A DNA stretch of 64,000 bases from Alphaproteobacteria bacterium. Its GTDB lineage: Bacteria > Pseudomonadota > Alphaproteobacteria > SHVP01. Of the stretch, positions 1 through 8,327 are shown piece after piece; positions within the stretch are counted from its first letter, which is position 1, and every line of letters starts with the position of its first letter. The stretch covers positions 2,091-66,090 of the forward strand of contig JAYOEZ010000003.1 of NCBI GenBank assembly GCA_038116985.1, written 5' to 3'. The notes beneath the pieces are model-generated. The model had not been told where the DNA came from. It searched no databases and worked only from the letters and a program-made list of their open reading frames with translations. The translations under genes were made by a program, and so were the position numbers.

Positions 1-792
1 CATGCCCGGCTCAAGCCGGTACAGCACAAGTTCACCTATCGCGTTTTCTCGTTGTTCGCAGATCTTGACCGGCTCGCCGAGGAAGCGTCGAGGCTGCGGT
101 TGCTTTCGTTCAACCGGACCGGCGTCTTGAGTTTTCGGGAATCGGATCATGGAGACGGGCGCGGCGATCTTGCGAACTGGGTGCGCGGTCACCTCCGGAC
201 CGCGGGCTTCCGGGGCGACGGCCGCATCTTCATCCAGTGCTACCCGCGGCTCTGGGGCTACGTGTTCAATCCGCTCAGCGTCTATTTCTGCTACGACGCA
301 GATGGTCGTCTGGAAGCCATTCTTCATCAGGTGAACAACACGTTTGGCCAGCGGCATTCATACCTGCTCGCCGTGGAGCGGGTTGATGAAACCGCACCCA
401 TCCGGCAGTTCTGCCAGAAGAACCTCTATGTTTCGCCGTTCAACGAGATGGACCATCGCTACGATTTCACGGTGCACAACCCGCGCGAGAGCTACGCCAT
501 CCACATTCGCGAGAGCGACGCCGATGGCGACGTCCTGGTGGCGACATTCAACGGTCGCCGTCGCCCGCTGTCCGATCGGGCGCTGGCCGCTGCGGTGGCG
601 AGCCACCCCCTGATGACCGCCAAGGTCATTGCGGCGATACACTGGGAGGCCCTGCGCCTGTGGCGCAAGGGCCTGTCCCCGCAGCCGCGTCCGCCCGAGC
701 CGCCGGGGGAGATATCCTATGGGCCTTCGGTTGATACAGGCCCCGCGTTGGGGGACTATGTCCCGACATCCAAAACACACGCGTCGGGGTAA
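1..792 (+). CDS. DUF1365-family protein (5' end cut by window edge)
   Basis: Frame +1 is open from base 1 (HARLKPVQHKFTYRVFSLFADLDRL...), so the ATG at 52 in the ORF track is internal. The sequence and its position directly upstream of a cfa-like methyltransferase fit DUF1365 as I remember it. Stop TAA at 790-792. Confidence 0.75.
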   Translation, partial: HARLKPVQHKFTYRVFSLFADLDRLAEEASRLRLLSFNRTGVLSFRESDHGDGRGDLANWVRGHLRTAGFRGDGRIFIQCYPRLWGYVFNPLSVYFCYDADGRLEAILHQVNNTFGQRHSYLLAVERVDETAPIRQFCQKNLYVSPFNEMDHRYDFTVHNPRESYAIHIRESDADGDVLVATFNGRRRPLSDRALAAAVASHPLMTAKVIAAIHWEALRLWRKGLSPQPRPPEPPGEISYGPSVDTGPALGDYVPTSKTHASG

Positions 793-816
793 TTCCCAGA
801 TGAAACAAGACGGGCT

Positions 817-2046
817 TTGCCGATGACCGACACCCGTAGAGCACCGGTTTCCCTGGCCTCAAGCGGCCCGGATCTACGCGAGATACCTTGGCTTTACCGC
901 CAGTTCGTGCGGGGCTTCGATCGCAATTTCAGCGCCGGCACGTTGCACTACGTCCTGCCGAGCGGCCAGCGCGGCACGATCACAGGCGATCTGCCAGGGC
1001 CCGAGGCGACCTTGATGCTGCACCGCTGGCGTGCGGTTCGTCGCCTGCTGTTTCGCGGCAGCCTGGGGTTCGCGGAGGCCTACCTCGACCACGATTGGGA
1101 GAGCCCTGACCTCGCGACATTCGTCGAACTGGCGGCCTGCAATTCCATCAATCGTCGTGTCGGGACGTTTTGGGAGCGGTTGGTCGAGTTGATGCGCCAC
1201 GGCCGGCGCAGCAACACGAAAACTGGCAGCCGGCGCAACATCGCGGCGCACTACGACCTCGGCAACGAGTTCTATGCCGAGTGGCTGGATCCCTCGATGA
1301 CCTACTCGGCGGCTGTGTTTCCCGAAGAGGTTGCGGAACTGGAGCACGCACAGTCGAAGAAATACGCGCGGCTGCTCAATCTGGTCGATGCCAAACCTGG
1401 CGACAGGATTCTTGAGATCGGTTGCGGCTGGGGCGGTTTTGCCGAGTTCGCGGCCCGGCAGGGCGTCGCCGTCACCGCGATTACCATTTCACGCGCGCAG
1501 TTCGAGTTCGCACGGCAACGGATCGCTGATGCCGGGTTGAGTCACCTCGCCGAGATACGCCTGTGCGACTATCGCGACATCGACGGATCGTTTGACCATG
1601 TAGTTTCGATCGAGATGATCGAGGCGGTCGGCGAGTCGTACTGGCCTGTCTATTTCGAGCGGATTGCGCAGTGCTTGCGCAAGGGCGGCCGTGTCGCGAT
1701 CCAGGCGATCACGACCCGTGACGATCAATTCGAGCGCTACCGTCGCCGCGCCGACTTCATTCAGACCTACATTTTCCCGGGTGGCATGCTGCCATGCCGC
1801 AGCGTCTTGCAGGATCAAGCCAACCGCGTCGGCCTCAAATGGATCAGCGACGACGGATTTGCGCCGCACTATGCCATGACGCTCAAGGAATGGCGCCAGC
1901 GCTTTCTGGCGTCCTGGCCGCGCATCAGTAAAATGGGCTTTGACGAGCGTTTCCGCCGCCTGTGGGAGTTCTACCTCGCGAGTTGCGAGGGCAGCTTCCG
2001 GGCACGCGGGATAGATGTCCTGCAGATCGCGCTGGTGAAGGCCTAG
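817..2046 (+). CDS. Cyclopropane-fatty-acyl-phospholipid synthase family SAM-dependent methyltransferase
   Basis: 409-aa ORF with SAM-binding motif ILEIGCGWGGFA. CFA-synthase-like blocks are present (YDLGNEFY, DYRDIDGSFDHVVSIEMIEAVG, WEFYLASCEG). Confidence 0.9.
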   Translation: MPMTDTRRAPVSLASSGPDLREIPWLYRQFVRGFDRNFSAGTLHYVLPSGQRGTITGDLPGPEATLMLHRWRAVRRLLFRGSLGFAEAYLDHDWESPDLATFVELAACNSINRRVGTFWERLVELMRHGRRSNTKTGSRRNIAAHYDLGNEFYAEWLDPSMTYSAAVFPEEVAELEHAQSKKYARLLNLVDAKPGDRILEIGCGWGGFAEFAARQGVAVTAITISRAQFEFARQRIADAGLSHLAEIRLCDYRDIDGSFDHVVSIEMIEAVGESYWPVYFERIAQCLRKGGRVAIQAITTRDDQFERYRRRADFIQTYIFPGGMLPCRSVLQDQANRVGLKWISDDGFAPHYAMTLKEWRQRFLASWPRISKMGFDERFRRLWEFYLASCEGSFRARGIDVLQIALVKA

Positions 2047-2816
2047 CTCAGGGCCTTGGTGGTCCGGCGAACCATCGCGAAGTAAAGGGCGTAGGGCAGG
2101 CAGCGCAGCAACTTCAACTGCCAGGTGAAGCGTTTCGGAAACGTGACCTCGAAGCGCCGGGAGAGCAGGCCTTGATAGAAGCGTTTGGCCGCGAGATCCG
2201 ACTTCATCAAGAACGGCATCTTGAAGTCGTTCTTGGCAGTCAGCGGTGTTTCGACGAAACCCGGATCGATCAGTTGCAGCTTCACGCCGGCGCGATCGAG
2301 ATCGAACTTCAGCGCCTCGCACATGTTGATGAGCGCGGCTTTGGTGGCGCCGTAGCCGGCGGCGCTCGGCAGGCCCCGGTACCCTGCGACAGAGGAAACG
2401 ACGGCGATGTGGCCTGCACCGCGTGCGATCATGTCGGGCATCGCAGCTTCGAGGACGTGGGTTGTGCCCATCAGGTTCACCTCGACGAGTGTGCGAAACT
2501 TGTCCACGTCGAAGTTCATGGCGCCGAAGGGCTGGTGCGTGCCGGCGCAAGAGACGCAGAGGTCAACGCGTCCCAAAGCCGTGACTGCAGCCTGGTAGGC
2601 CGCTTTCGTGGCCGCCCGGTCAGTCACATCGAGCGGTATCGTGGTGACGTGCCCGGCCAGACCGTGGGCCTCGGCGACAAGAGATTCGAGGGATTCGGCG
2701 TTGCGCGCGCTGACGACGACGTCCACACCGCGGCGAGCCATCTCGAGGACGAGATCCCGCCCGATTCCGGTACTTCCGCCGACGACCCAAGCCTTGTCGA
2801 ACGTCCTTTCAGTCAT
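2043..2816 (-). CDS. Short-chain dehydrogenase/reductase (SDR)
   Basis: ORF 2043..2861. I chose the ATG at 2816 (MTERTFDKAWVVGGSTGIGRDL, classical TGxxxGxG Rossmann motif). Active-site region is SSVAGYRGLPSAAGYGATKAAL (YxxxK). Its stop shares CTAG with the cfa-like stop. Confidence 0.85.
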   Translation of the reverse strand: MTERTFDKAWVVGGSTGIGRDLVLEMARRGVDVVVSARNAESLESLVAEAHGLAGHVTTIPLDVTDRAATKAAYQAAVTALGRVDLCVSCAGTHQPFGAMNFDVDKFRTLVEVNLMGTTHVLEAAMPDMIARGAGHIAVVSSVAGYRGLPSAAGYGATKAALINMCEALKFDLDRAGVKLQLIDPGFVETPLTAKNDFKMPFLMKSDLAAKRFYQGLLSRRFEVTFPKRFTWQLKLLRCLPYALYFAMVRRTTKALS

Positions 2817-2883
2817 ACATGCCTCACGTGGATTTTGACGGTCCGCAACCTCGATCGGCACCGTCTCGCGCTATGATGGAGCG

Positions 2884-3606
2884 ATGATGATGCACAATTC
2901 GCTGTCTGTGTCGCTGAGAACCTGGCTTTGCGCCTTTGCCTTCGTGGTCGCGCTGGCGCCGGTTCTGACGACCGATGTCCTTGCCGAAACAAGCGGCGAA
3001 CCCTACGCCGGCAAACTCGCTTTCGATGTCCTTCGCGGCGGCAAGCAGATCGGGCGCCACGAGATCACCTTTACCGAGATCGGCGACGAAACCCATGTTT
3101 CGATCGACATCGAACTGGTGGTCAAGATCGGTTTTCTGACGGTGTTCCGATACGAGCACCAGAACCGCGAGGTGTGGCGTAACGGTCGCGTGGTGTCGGT
3201 GATGACGGACACCAACGACGACGGCAAGCCTTTTGAACTGCGCGCCATTCAGGGGAGTGAAGGATTGCACGTCAAGACGCTGAGCGACGAGGCCGTTGTG
3301 CCGAGTTCGGCGATCCCGACGAGTTATTGGAACCCCGAAATCTTGCGCAACAGGCAGTGGCTCGACACGCAGCGGGGCGTGATGCTCGACATCGAGGTGG
3401 GGAATGTCGGCATCGAGCCCGTCGAACTGGCGGACGGCCGGACGATCGAAGCCGAACGCTTCGAGGTAACGGGCGATCTGAACATTTCCGTCTGGTACAC
3501 GCCGCAGGGCGAGTGGGTGAAGCTCGCGTTTCCGGCGCGAGGCAGCGACATAGAGTACGTGCTGACCGAGGGCTATACCGGCACGCGCCTGTCTCTCGCC
3601 CAATGA
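2884..3606 (+). CDS. Hypothetical exported protein
   Basis: 240-aa ORF with a signal-peptide-like N-terminus (LCAFAFVVALAPVLTTDVLAE). No catalytic motif recognised. Its TGA overlaps the next start (ATGA), indicating an operon with the NTF2-like gene. Confidence 0.6.
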   Translation: MMMHNSLSVSLRTWLCAFAFVVALAPVLTTDVLAETSGEPYAGKLAFDVLRGGKQIGRHEITFTEIGDETHVSIDIELVVKIGFLTVFRYEHQNREVWRNGRVVSVMTDTNDDGKPFELRAIQGSEGLHVKTLSDEAVVPSSAIPTSYWNPEILRNRQWLDTQRGVMLDIEVGNVGIEPVELADGRTIEAERFEVTGDLNISVWYTPQGEWVKLAFPARGSDIEYVLTEGYTGTRLSLAQ

Positions 3607-4043
3607 GCGATATCGCTGCGAGGGCTGCGGCCTACGCCGACTACTTCGAGCGTGTCTCACTCGAAAACCTCGACGAACTCAACGACATCTGCGCCGAAAA
3701 CGTTCGCTTTCGCGATCCCTTCAACGACGTGACCGGGCGCGACAAGATGATCCGCATCTTCGCCAAGATGTATGAGGACGTCGATGCCCCGACATTCGAG
3801 GTAATCGACCACGCCATTTCCGGTCAGCGCAGCTACATTCGCTGGATCTTTCGCTTCAGGAACAAGAAGACGCGCAGGCCGTTCGAGATCGACGGCATGA
3901 CCGAGGTCCACTACGACGAGGCTGGCCGGGTGACCGGTCACTTCGACCACTGGGACGTTGCGTCCCAGCTCTACGAGCACGTGCCATTGCTCGGTGGCTT
4001 GCTGCGCATCATCAAGCGTCGGCTGGCGCTCGAACCCGGCTAG
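3603..4043 (+). CDS. NTF2/SnoaL-like fold protein
   Basis: The track ORF 3327..4043 reads through the previous gene in another frame (Arg-rich junk). The ATG at 3603 gives 146 aa (MSDIAARAAAYADYFERVSLENLDELNDICAENVRFRDPF...). Size and sequence are typical of small SnoaL/NTF2-like proteins. Confidence 0.65.
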   Translation: MSDIAARAAAYADYFERVSLENLDELNDICAENVRFRDPFNDVTGRDKMIRIFAKMYEDVDAPTFEVIDHAISGQRSYIRWIFRFRNKKTRRPFEIDGMTEVHYDEAGRVTGHFDHWDVASQLYEHVPLLGGLLRIIKRRLALEPG

Positions 4044-5389
4044 GCTGCCGCAGCCGCGAGCCGCTTGTCGCGCTTCGCGATCAGGCGCCGAATCTGGGCC
4101 TGTTTATTCGACGTGATCGGGAAGCCCCACATCAAAGCGATCGCTGCCAGCTTGAAGACGATCGGCACTATCGCATAGAGGATTGCCAGTGTCAGAAGGG
4201 CGAACGCCGTGTTATCGCCGACCACACGGGCGAAGCCGACAAGTTCCAGCACCGGGAATGCGATGCCTGCAGCCAAAGCCAGCGATAGCTTCAGAGCGAT
4301 CGACCAGATTGCGAAGAAGATGCCTGTTCGCTTTTCGTGATGGCGCAATTCGTCGAGGTCGACAACGTCGGCTTGCATGGCAGGCGGAAGCACGAGGTCC
4401 GCGCCGAGGCCAAAGCCCGTAAAGATCGAGATTACGAGGAGCCACCAAGCATCGCCCTCGCCCAGGAATGGTACCCACATGAAGAAGGCGCAGACCAGTA
4501 CCATGGCGCCGGCCCAGACGCGGTGCTTGCCATAGCGCTTGGTCATGACCAGCCAGAACGGGACGCTGAGCAGCGCCAGCGAGAAGTACACGCCCAGAAT
4601 CCAGCTGATCATCGTGTCTTCGGCGCGCAGCTTGTGCTCGACGAACAGCAGAAACAGAGTGATCGGAAAGCCGTTGGCCATGTTGTTGAGGAAGAACGCG
4701 GTCAGCAGCCGCTGGAACGGCTTGTTGCCCTTCAGGACAGCCACCGCGCGCGCCACGGTCAATCGGCGTTCGAGTTCACGGGGCCGGTCCGGCACGAGCG
4801 CGACGGCGATGGCGACACAGACCGGCAGGGCGACCACCACAATTAGCGCAGTGGCGCGTAGCGCCTCGGCGCGGTCGGCCTGCAGGACAGCTGCCAGAAT
4901 CGCCGCGGTAATGCCGCCCACCAGGACAAAGATCTCGCGCGATGAGGTGACCCTGGCGCGTTCGTGGTAGTGCCCTGAGATCTCGGCGCCCCAGGCGTTG
5001 TAGGGGATCAGAATCATGGTGCCGCCGAGATAGAGCGCGATCGTCCAGCCCAGCATGTAGCCCCAACTCGGATTTTCGCCGGGCACGAGGAGGAACCAGG
5101 CGCTGATCATCGCGATCGGGGTGCCTGCGACGATCCAAGGTCGGCGCCGCCCCCAAGGGGTATTGATGTGATCGCTGAGGATGCCGACGAGTGGGTCGGA
5201 GACGGCATCCCAGATTCGCGAGCCCAACAGAATCGCGCCGACGATGCCCAACCCCATGCCCAGATCCTGGGCGTAGAACGTCGGCAGCAGGACGAATAGC
5301 GGGAAAGTCAGGATCGTCGACGGCAGGCTCGGCAATCCATAGGCCGCGAGTGTGCTGAGCCGCAGCGGCGCGTCGTCATGGTGGGTCAT
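4040..5389 (-). CDS. MFS transporter, glycoside-pentoside-hexuronide (MFS_2)-like
   Basis: 449 aa with about 12 hydrophobic segments. The loop 2-3 motif DPLVGILSDHINTPWGRRRPWIV is typical of GPH/MelB-type carriers. Confidence 0.8.
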   Translation of the reverse strand: MTHHDDAPLRLSTLAAYGLPSLPSTILTFPLFVLLPTFYAQDLGMGLGIVGAILLGSRIWDAVSDPLVGILSDHINTPWGRRRPWIVAGTPIAMISAWFLLVPGENPSWGYMLGWTIALYLGGTMILIPYNAWGAEISGHYHERARVTSSREIFVLVGGITAAILAAVLQADRAEALRATALIVVVALPVCVAIAVALVPDRPRELERRLTVARAVAVLKGNKPFQRLLTAFFLNNMANGFPITLFLLFVEHKLRAEDTMISWILGVYFSLALLSVPFWLVMTKRYGKHRVWAGAMVLVCAFFMWVPFLGEGDAWWLLVISIFTGFGLGADLVLPPAMQADVVDLDELRHHEKRTGIFFAIWSIALKLSLALAAGIAFPVLELVGFARVVGDNTAFALLTLAILYAIVPIVFKLAAIALMWGFPITSNKQAQIRRLIAKRDKRLAAAAA

Positions 5390-5427
5390 CCCGTGTCTCT
5401 ACCCAGGGCAGGCAGCGGCGGTTTCAA

Positions 5428-5925
5428 TCATTCGTCCGACAGTACTTCGAAGACCTCAAGGAAGTAGCCATCGGGATCGCGCGCCATCATTACGCGTGCC
5501 AGGACGAGATTGCCCTCAGCGTCGCCGAGATTCCGACCCCCCGCCGGGGGCATGATCACGGTTCCGCCCAGCCGGTCGATTGCCGCTGCGGTCGTATCGG
5601 CATTGTCCGACTCCAGCACTAGGGCGACGTCACCCAGGCCAAGGCGCTGGGTAGTATCCCGATTCGGGAGGGGCGGGTCGCCGACCTCCATCAGGCCGAT
5701 CATGCCCGCCAAAGGGTCTCTGCCACGCAACACGACCAACCGCAGAACGCCGTGGCCGCCGGCGTCCCCGACGGGAAAAGAGGGCACTGCCGTCAAAGGC
5801 ACGTTCATGTCCGCGTACACGGAAAGGCCGAATGCGCCCGCGTAAAAGTCGATACTGCGTTTCATATCGCGAACGAAAAGACTCGCCCGCCTGAGAATGC
5901 TCTTGTTTTCTGCTACCACTGACAT
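5428..5925 (-). CDS. VOC (glyoxalase/bleomycin-resistance/dioxygenase) family protein
   Basis: 165 aa. The N-terminal LFVRDMKRSIDFYAGAFGL block and a C-terminal DPDGYFLEVFE block are typical of the VOC fold. Confidence 0.75.
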   Translation of the reverse strand: MSVVAENKSILRRASLFVRDMKRSIDFYAGAFGLSVYADMNVPLTAVPSFPVGDAGGHGVLRLVVLRGRDPLAGMIGLMEVGDPPLPNRDTTQRLGLGDVALVLESDNADTTAAAIDRLGGTVIMPPAGGRNLGDAEGNLVLARVMMARDPDGYFLEVFEVLSDE

Positions 5926-5990
5926 CCGCCTGAGCGCTGAACACCAGTGACCCTAGCGGACACCGCTTCAGGAGATAAGGGGCTCGACAC

Positions 5991-6881
5991 ATGGGAATTC
6001 CCGCCGACATCGCCGAACGGCTGCGCGCCATGGGACATGTCTTCAATCCCGAGGTGGTGGCCGAGACCTACGCGCTCTACAACCCGCTGATCGCCAAGGC
6101 GCCGCGGGACGGCATTGCTGTTGAGCGCGACGTCAGTTACGGGCCGCACGCCCGCCACGTTCTCGACATTCACGTTCCTGAACAGCGGCCTGACGGCGCC
6201 ATGCCGGTTGTGGTCTTCATCCACGGCGGCGGGTTTGTTCGAGGGCACAAGAACTACGATCCCGAGCAGCCGGACATGGCGTACGCCAACATAGCCAACT
6301 ACTTTGCGCGCCATGGCATGGTCGGCGTCAATGCGACGTATCGGCTGGCGCCGGAGTACCAGTGGCCGGCGGGCGTCGAGGACGTCGGCGCGATGGTCTG
6401 GTGGCTGCGCGACAACATTGCCGGCTTCGGCGGAGATCCGGATCAGATATTCCTGTTCGGACAGTCGGCGGGCGCCGTTCATGCGGCTTCGTACCTGTTT
6501 CTTCCGAAGCTCCATTGCGCACCCGGGTCCGGCGTCGCCGGGGCGGCCTTGTTTTCAGGCGTGTATGACGTTGCCGGCATGCCAGGCGATACGGCCAAGG
6601 CCTATTACGGTGACGATCCAATGGAGTACGCCGCTCGATCACCTATCAACGGCGTCGAGAACAGTGCGGTACCCCTGTTCATCGTGATCGCGGAGTACGA
6701 TCCGCCCATGATGGAACTGCAGGGGATCGACCTGCTGCAGAGGGTCGCCCGACGAGATGGTCACAGCCCGCGTTTCGCCCGCCTAAAGGGCCACAATCAC
6801 CTTTCAGAGGCGCTGCATCTCAACACCGGAGAAGAATCGGTGGGACCGGAGTTGCTCGACTTTGTGCGTACGCGACGCTAG
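5991..6881 (+). CDS. Alpha/beta hydrolase (esterase/arylformamidase-like)
   Basis: 296 aa with HGGG oxyanion motif (VVVFIHGGGFVRG) and GxSxG nucleophile elbow (LFGQSAGAVH). Confidence 0.85.
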   Translation: MGIPADIAERLRAMGHVFNPEVVAETYALYNPLIAKAPRDGIAVERDVSYGPHARHVLDIHVPEQRPDGAMPVVVFIHGGGFVRGHKNYDPEQPDMAYANIANYFARHGMVGVNATYRLAPEYQWPAGVEDVGAMVWWLRDNIAGFGGDPDQIFLFGQSAGAVHAASYLFLPKLHCAPGSGVAGAALFSGVYDVAGMPGDTAKAYYGDDPMEYAARSPINGVENSAVPLFIVIAEYDPPMMELQGIDLLQRVARRDGHSPRFARLKGHNHLSEALHLNTGEESVGPELLDFVRTRR

Positions 6882-7597
6882 CGCTTGATTGGCGTGCCGG
6901 CGGTGTCGGCGTCGTCGAGGTCGGCACCGGTCAGGTCGGCGTCTTCGATTTGCGCGTTGCTCAGATTGGCCCTGCGGAGATCACTGCCACGAAGGTTGGC
7001 GCCCGACAGGTTGGTATCCGCAAGGTCGCTGCTCACCAACTTGGCATCGGACAGATTGGCGCCCGACAGGTCGGCGCCGCGCAGAATGGCGTGGTCGGCA
7101 ATGACCCCATGCAGATCGCCTGCGGCGATGCGCGCCTTGCGAAGCGAGGCCCCGGACATGGCGCTTTGACGCAAGGAGATGCCGGCCATGTCCGCAGTCT
7201 TGGTTTCGCCGGTTCCCTTGCCGCTCGGATTGCGAATCGTCGCTGGATCGAAGCTAGCGTCCTCGAGTCGCGCATGACGGATGGTCGCTTTCTTGAGGGA
7301 CGCGCCCGCCAGATCGACGCGCCGCAGATCGGCCTCGTCCAGCGAAGCGCCGTCGAGTTCCGCCAGCACCATCAGCGCACCGACGAGTTGGGCGCCGTTG
7401 AGCTTGGCGCCGCGCAGATCGGCGCCGCTGAGGTATGCGCCGCGCAGGTCGATGCCGGTCAGGTCGCGCCCTGCCATGTTGGCGCGCTCGCCGGCGGAGC
7501 CAAAAGAGTCCACCCACAGCGCATGCTGACGCAGTGTTTCCTGAATCTCCGAAGGAAGCGCCGCAGACTCCAAGTTGATCGTCGCGCCTTCCAACAC
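6878..7597 (-). CDS. Pentapeptide-repeat protein
   Basis: 239 aa, almost entirely A(D/N)LxG-type pentapeptides (DLRGAYLSGADLRGAKLNGAQL..., ADLSGANLSDAKLVSSDLADTNLSGANLRGSDLRRANLSNAQ). No signal peptide. Confidence 0.9.
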   Translation of the reverse strand: MLEGATINLESAALPSEIQETLRQHALWVDSFGSAGERANMAGRDLTGIDLRGAYLSGADLRGAKLNGAQLVGALMVLAELDGASLDEADLRRVDLAGASLKKATIRHARLEDASFDPATIRNPSGKGTGETKTADMAGISLRQSAMSGASLRKARIAAGDLHGVIADHAILRGADLSGANLSDAKLVSSDLADTNLSGANLRGSDLRRANLSNAQIEDADLTGADLDDADTAGTPIKR

Positions 7598-7618
7598 TGC
7601 GTTCTTGAAGGAGGCGTC

Positions 7619-8125
7619 CTAAAGGACCGCGCCGCGCAGGTTCGCATTGGTGATGTCTGCATCGTCGAAAGACGCTTTGGACAGGTCGGTCCCTCGGAGG
7701 TCAGCGCTCGCCATCTGCGCCCGATCAAAGGCTGCGCCTTTCATTATCGCGCCCTGCATGGATGCGACCTTTGTTTTGTTTTCGGCGGGCGCCGGTCGCA
7801 GGTCCGCGCCGGTGAAGTCGGCTTCGCTCAGTTTGGCATTGGCGAGGTTGGCACCCCGCAGGTTGGCCTCGGCGAAGTTGGCCTGGTCAGCGTCCGCCGA
7901 CTCAAAACTGCACAACGACAGCGCCGCCCGACCGAAATCCGTTCCGGTCAGCACACAGCGCGAAAAATCTGTGCCGGTCAGCACCGATTCGCGAAGGTTC
8001 AAACCCGGCAGGCGCAGGCCGGAAAGACTCTCCGATTCGATCCGCGCGCGCTGACCATTCGGCTCCCGCCGTGTAAAACGCTCATGGGCGCGGAGAATCT
8101 CCACGAACTCTTGTGCAGTCAGCAT
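7619..8125 (-). CDS. Pentapeptide-repeat protein
   Basis: 168 aa with the same repeat type (ANLRGANLANAKLSEADFTGADL..., ADLRGTDLSKASFDDADITNANLRGA). It lies 21 nt upstream of the previous pentapeptide-repeat gene on the same strand. Confidence 0.9.
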   Translation of the reverse strand: MLTAQEFVEILRAHERFTRREPNGQRARIESESLSGLRLPGLNLRESVLTGTDFSRCVLTGTDFGRAALSLCSFESADADQANFAEANLRGANLANAKLSEADFTGADLRPAPAENKTKVASMQGAIMKGAAFDRAQMASADLRGTDLSKASFDDADITNANLRGAVL

Positions 8126-8327
8126 CCCGACACCCGACTGCAGACAACACTAGACATCACCACCAACTGTACTTGTTCCGTGTTCAAGCAAGTAAAACAT
8201 GGTCCGTGACTGCGAGAAATGCCAGCGTTACTAACATCGGGTATGGTTAAAATTTGAACTAACGTGTTTTGATTTGAGGCAACAGCGTTAAGCTTTGCAC
8301 CGTTAACCAACAAGAGGCGCGTAACAG

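Noticed and set aside
6950-8209. 419-aa plus-strand ORF spanning both pentapeptide-repeat genes
   Set aside because: It is the mirror image of the pentapeptide repeats (QIGAAQVG-type periodicity) and runs straight across the 21-nt intergenic gap and into the promoter region. The minus-strand products have proper starts, stops and canonical A(D/N)LxG repeats.
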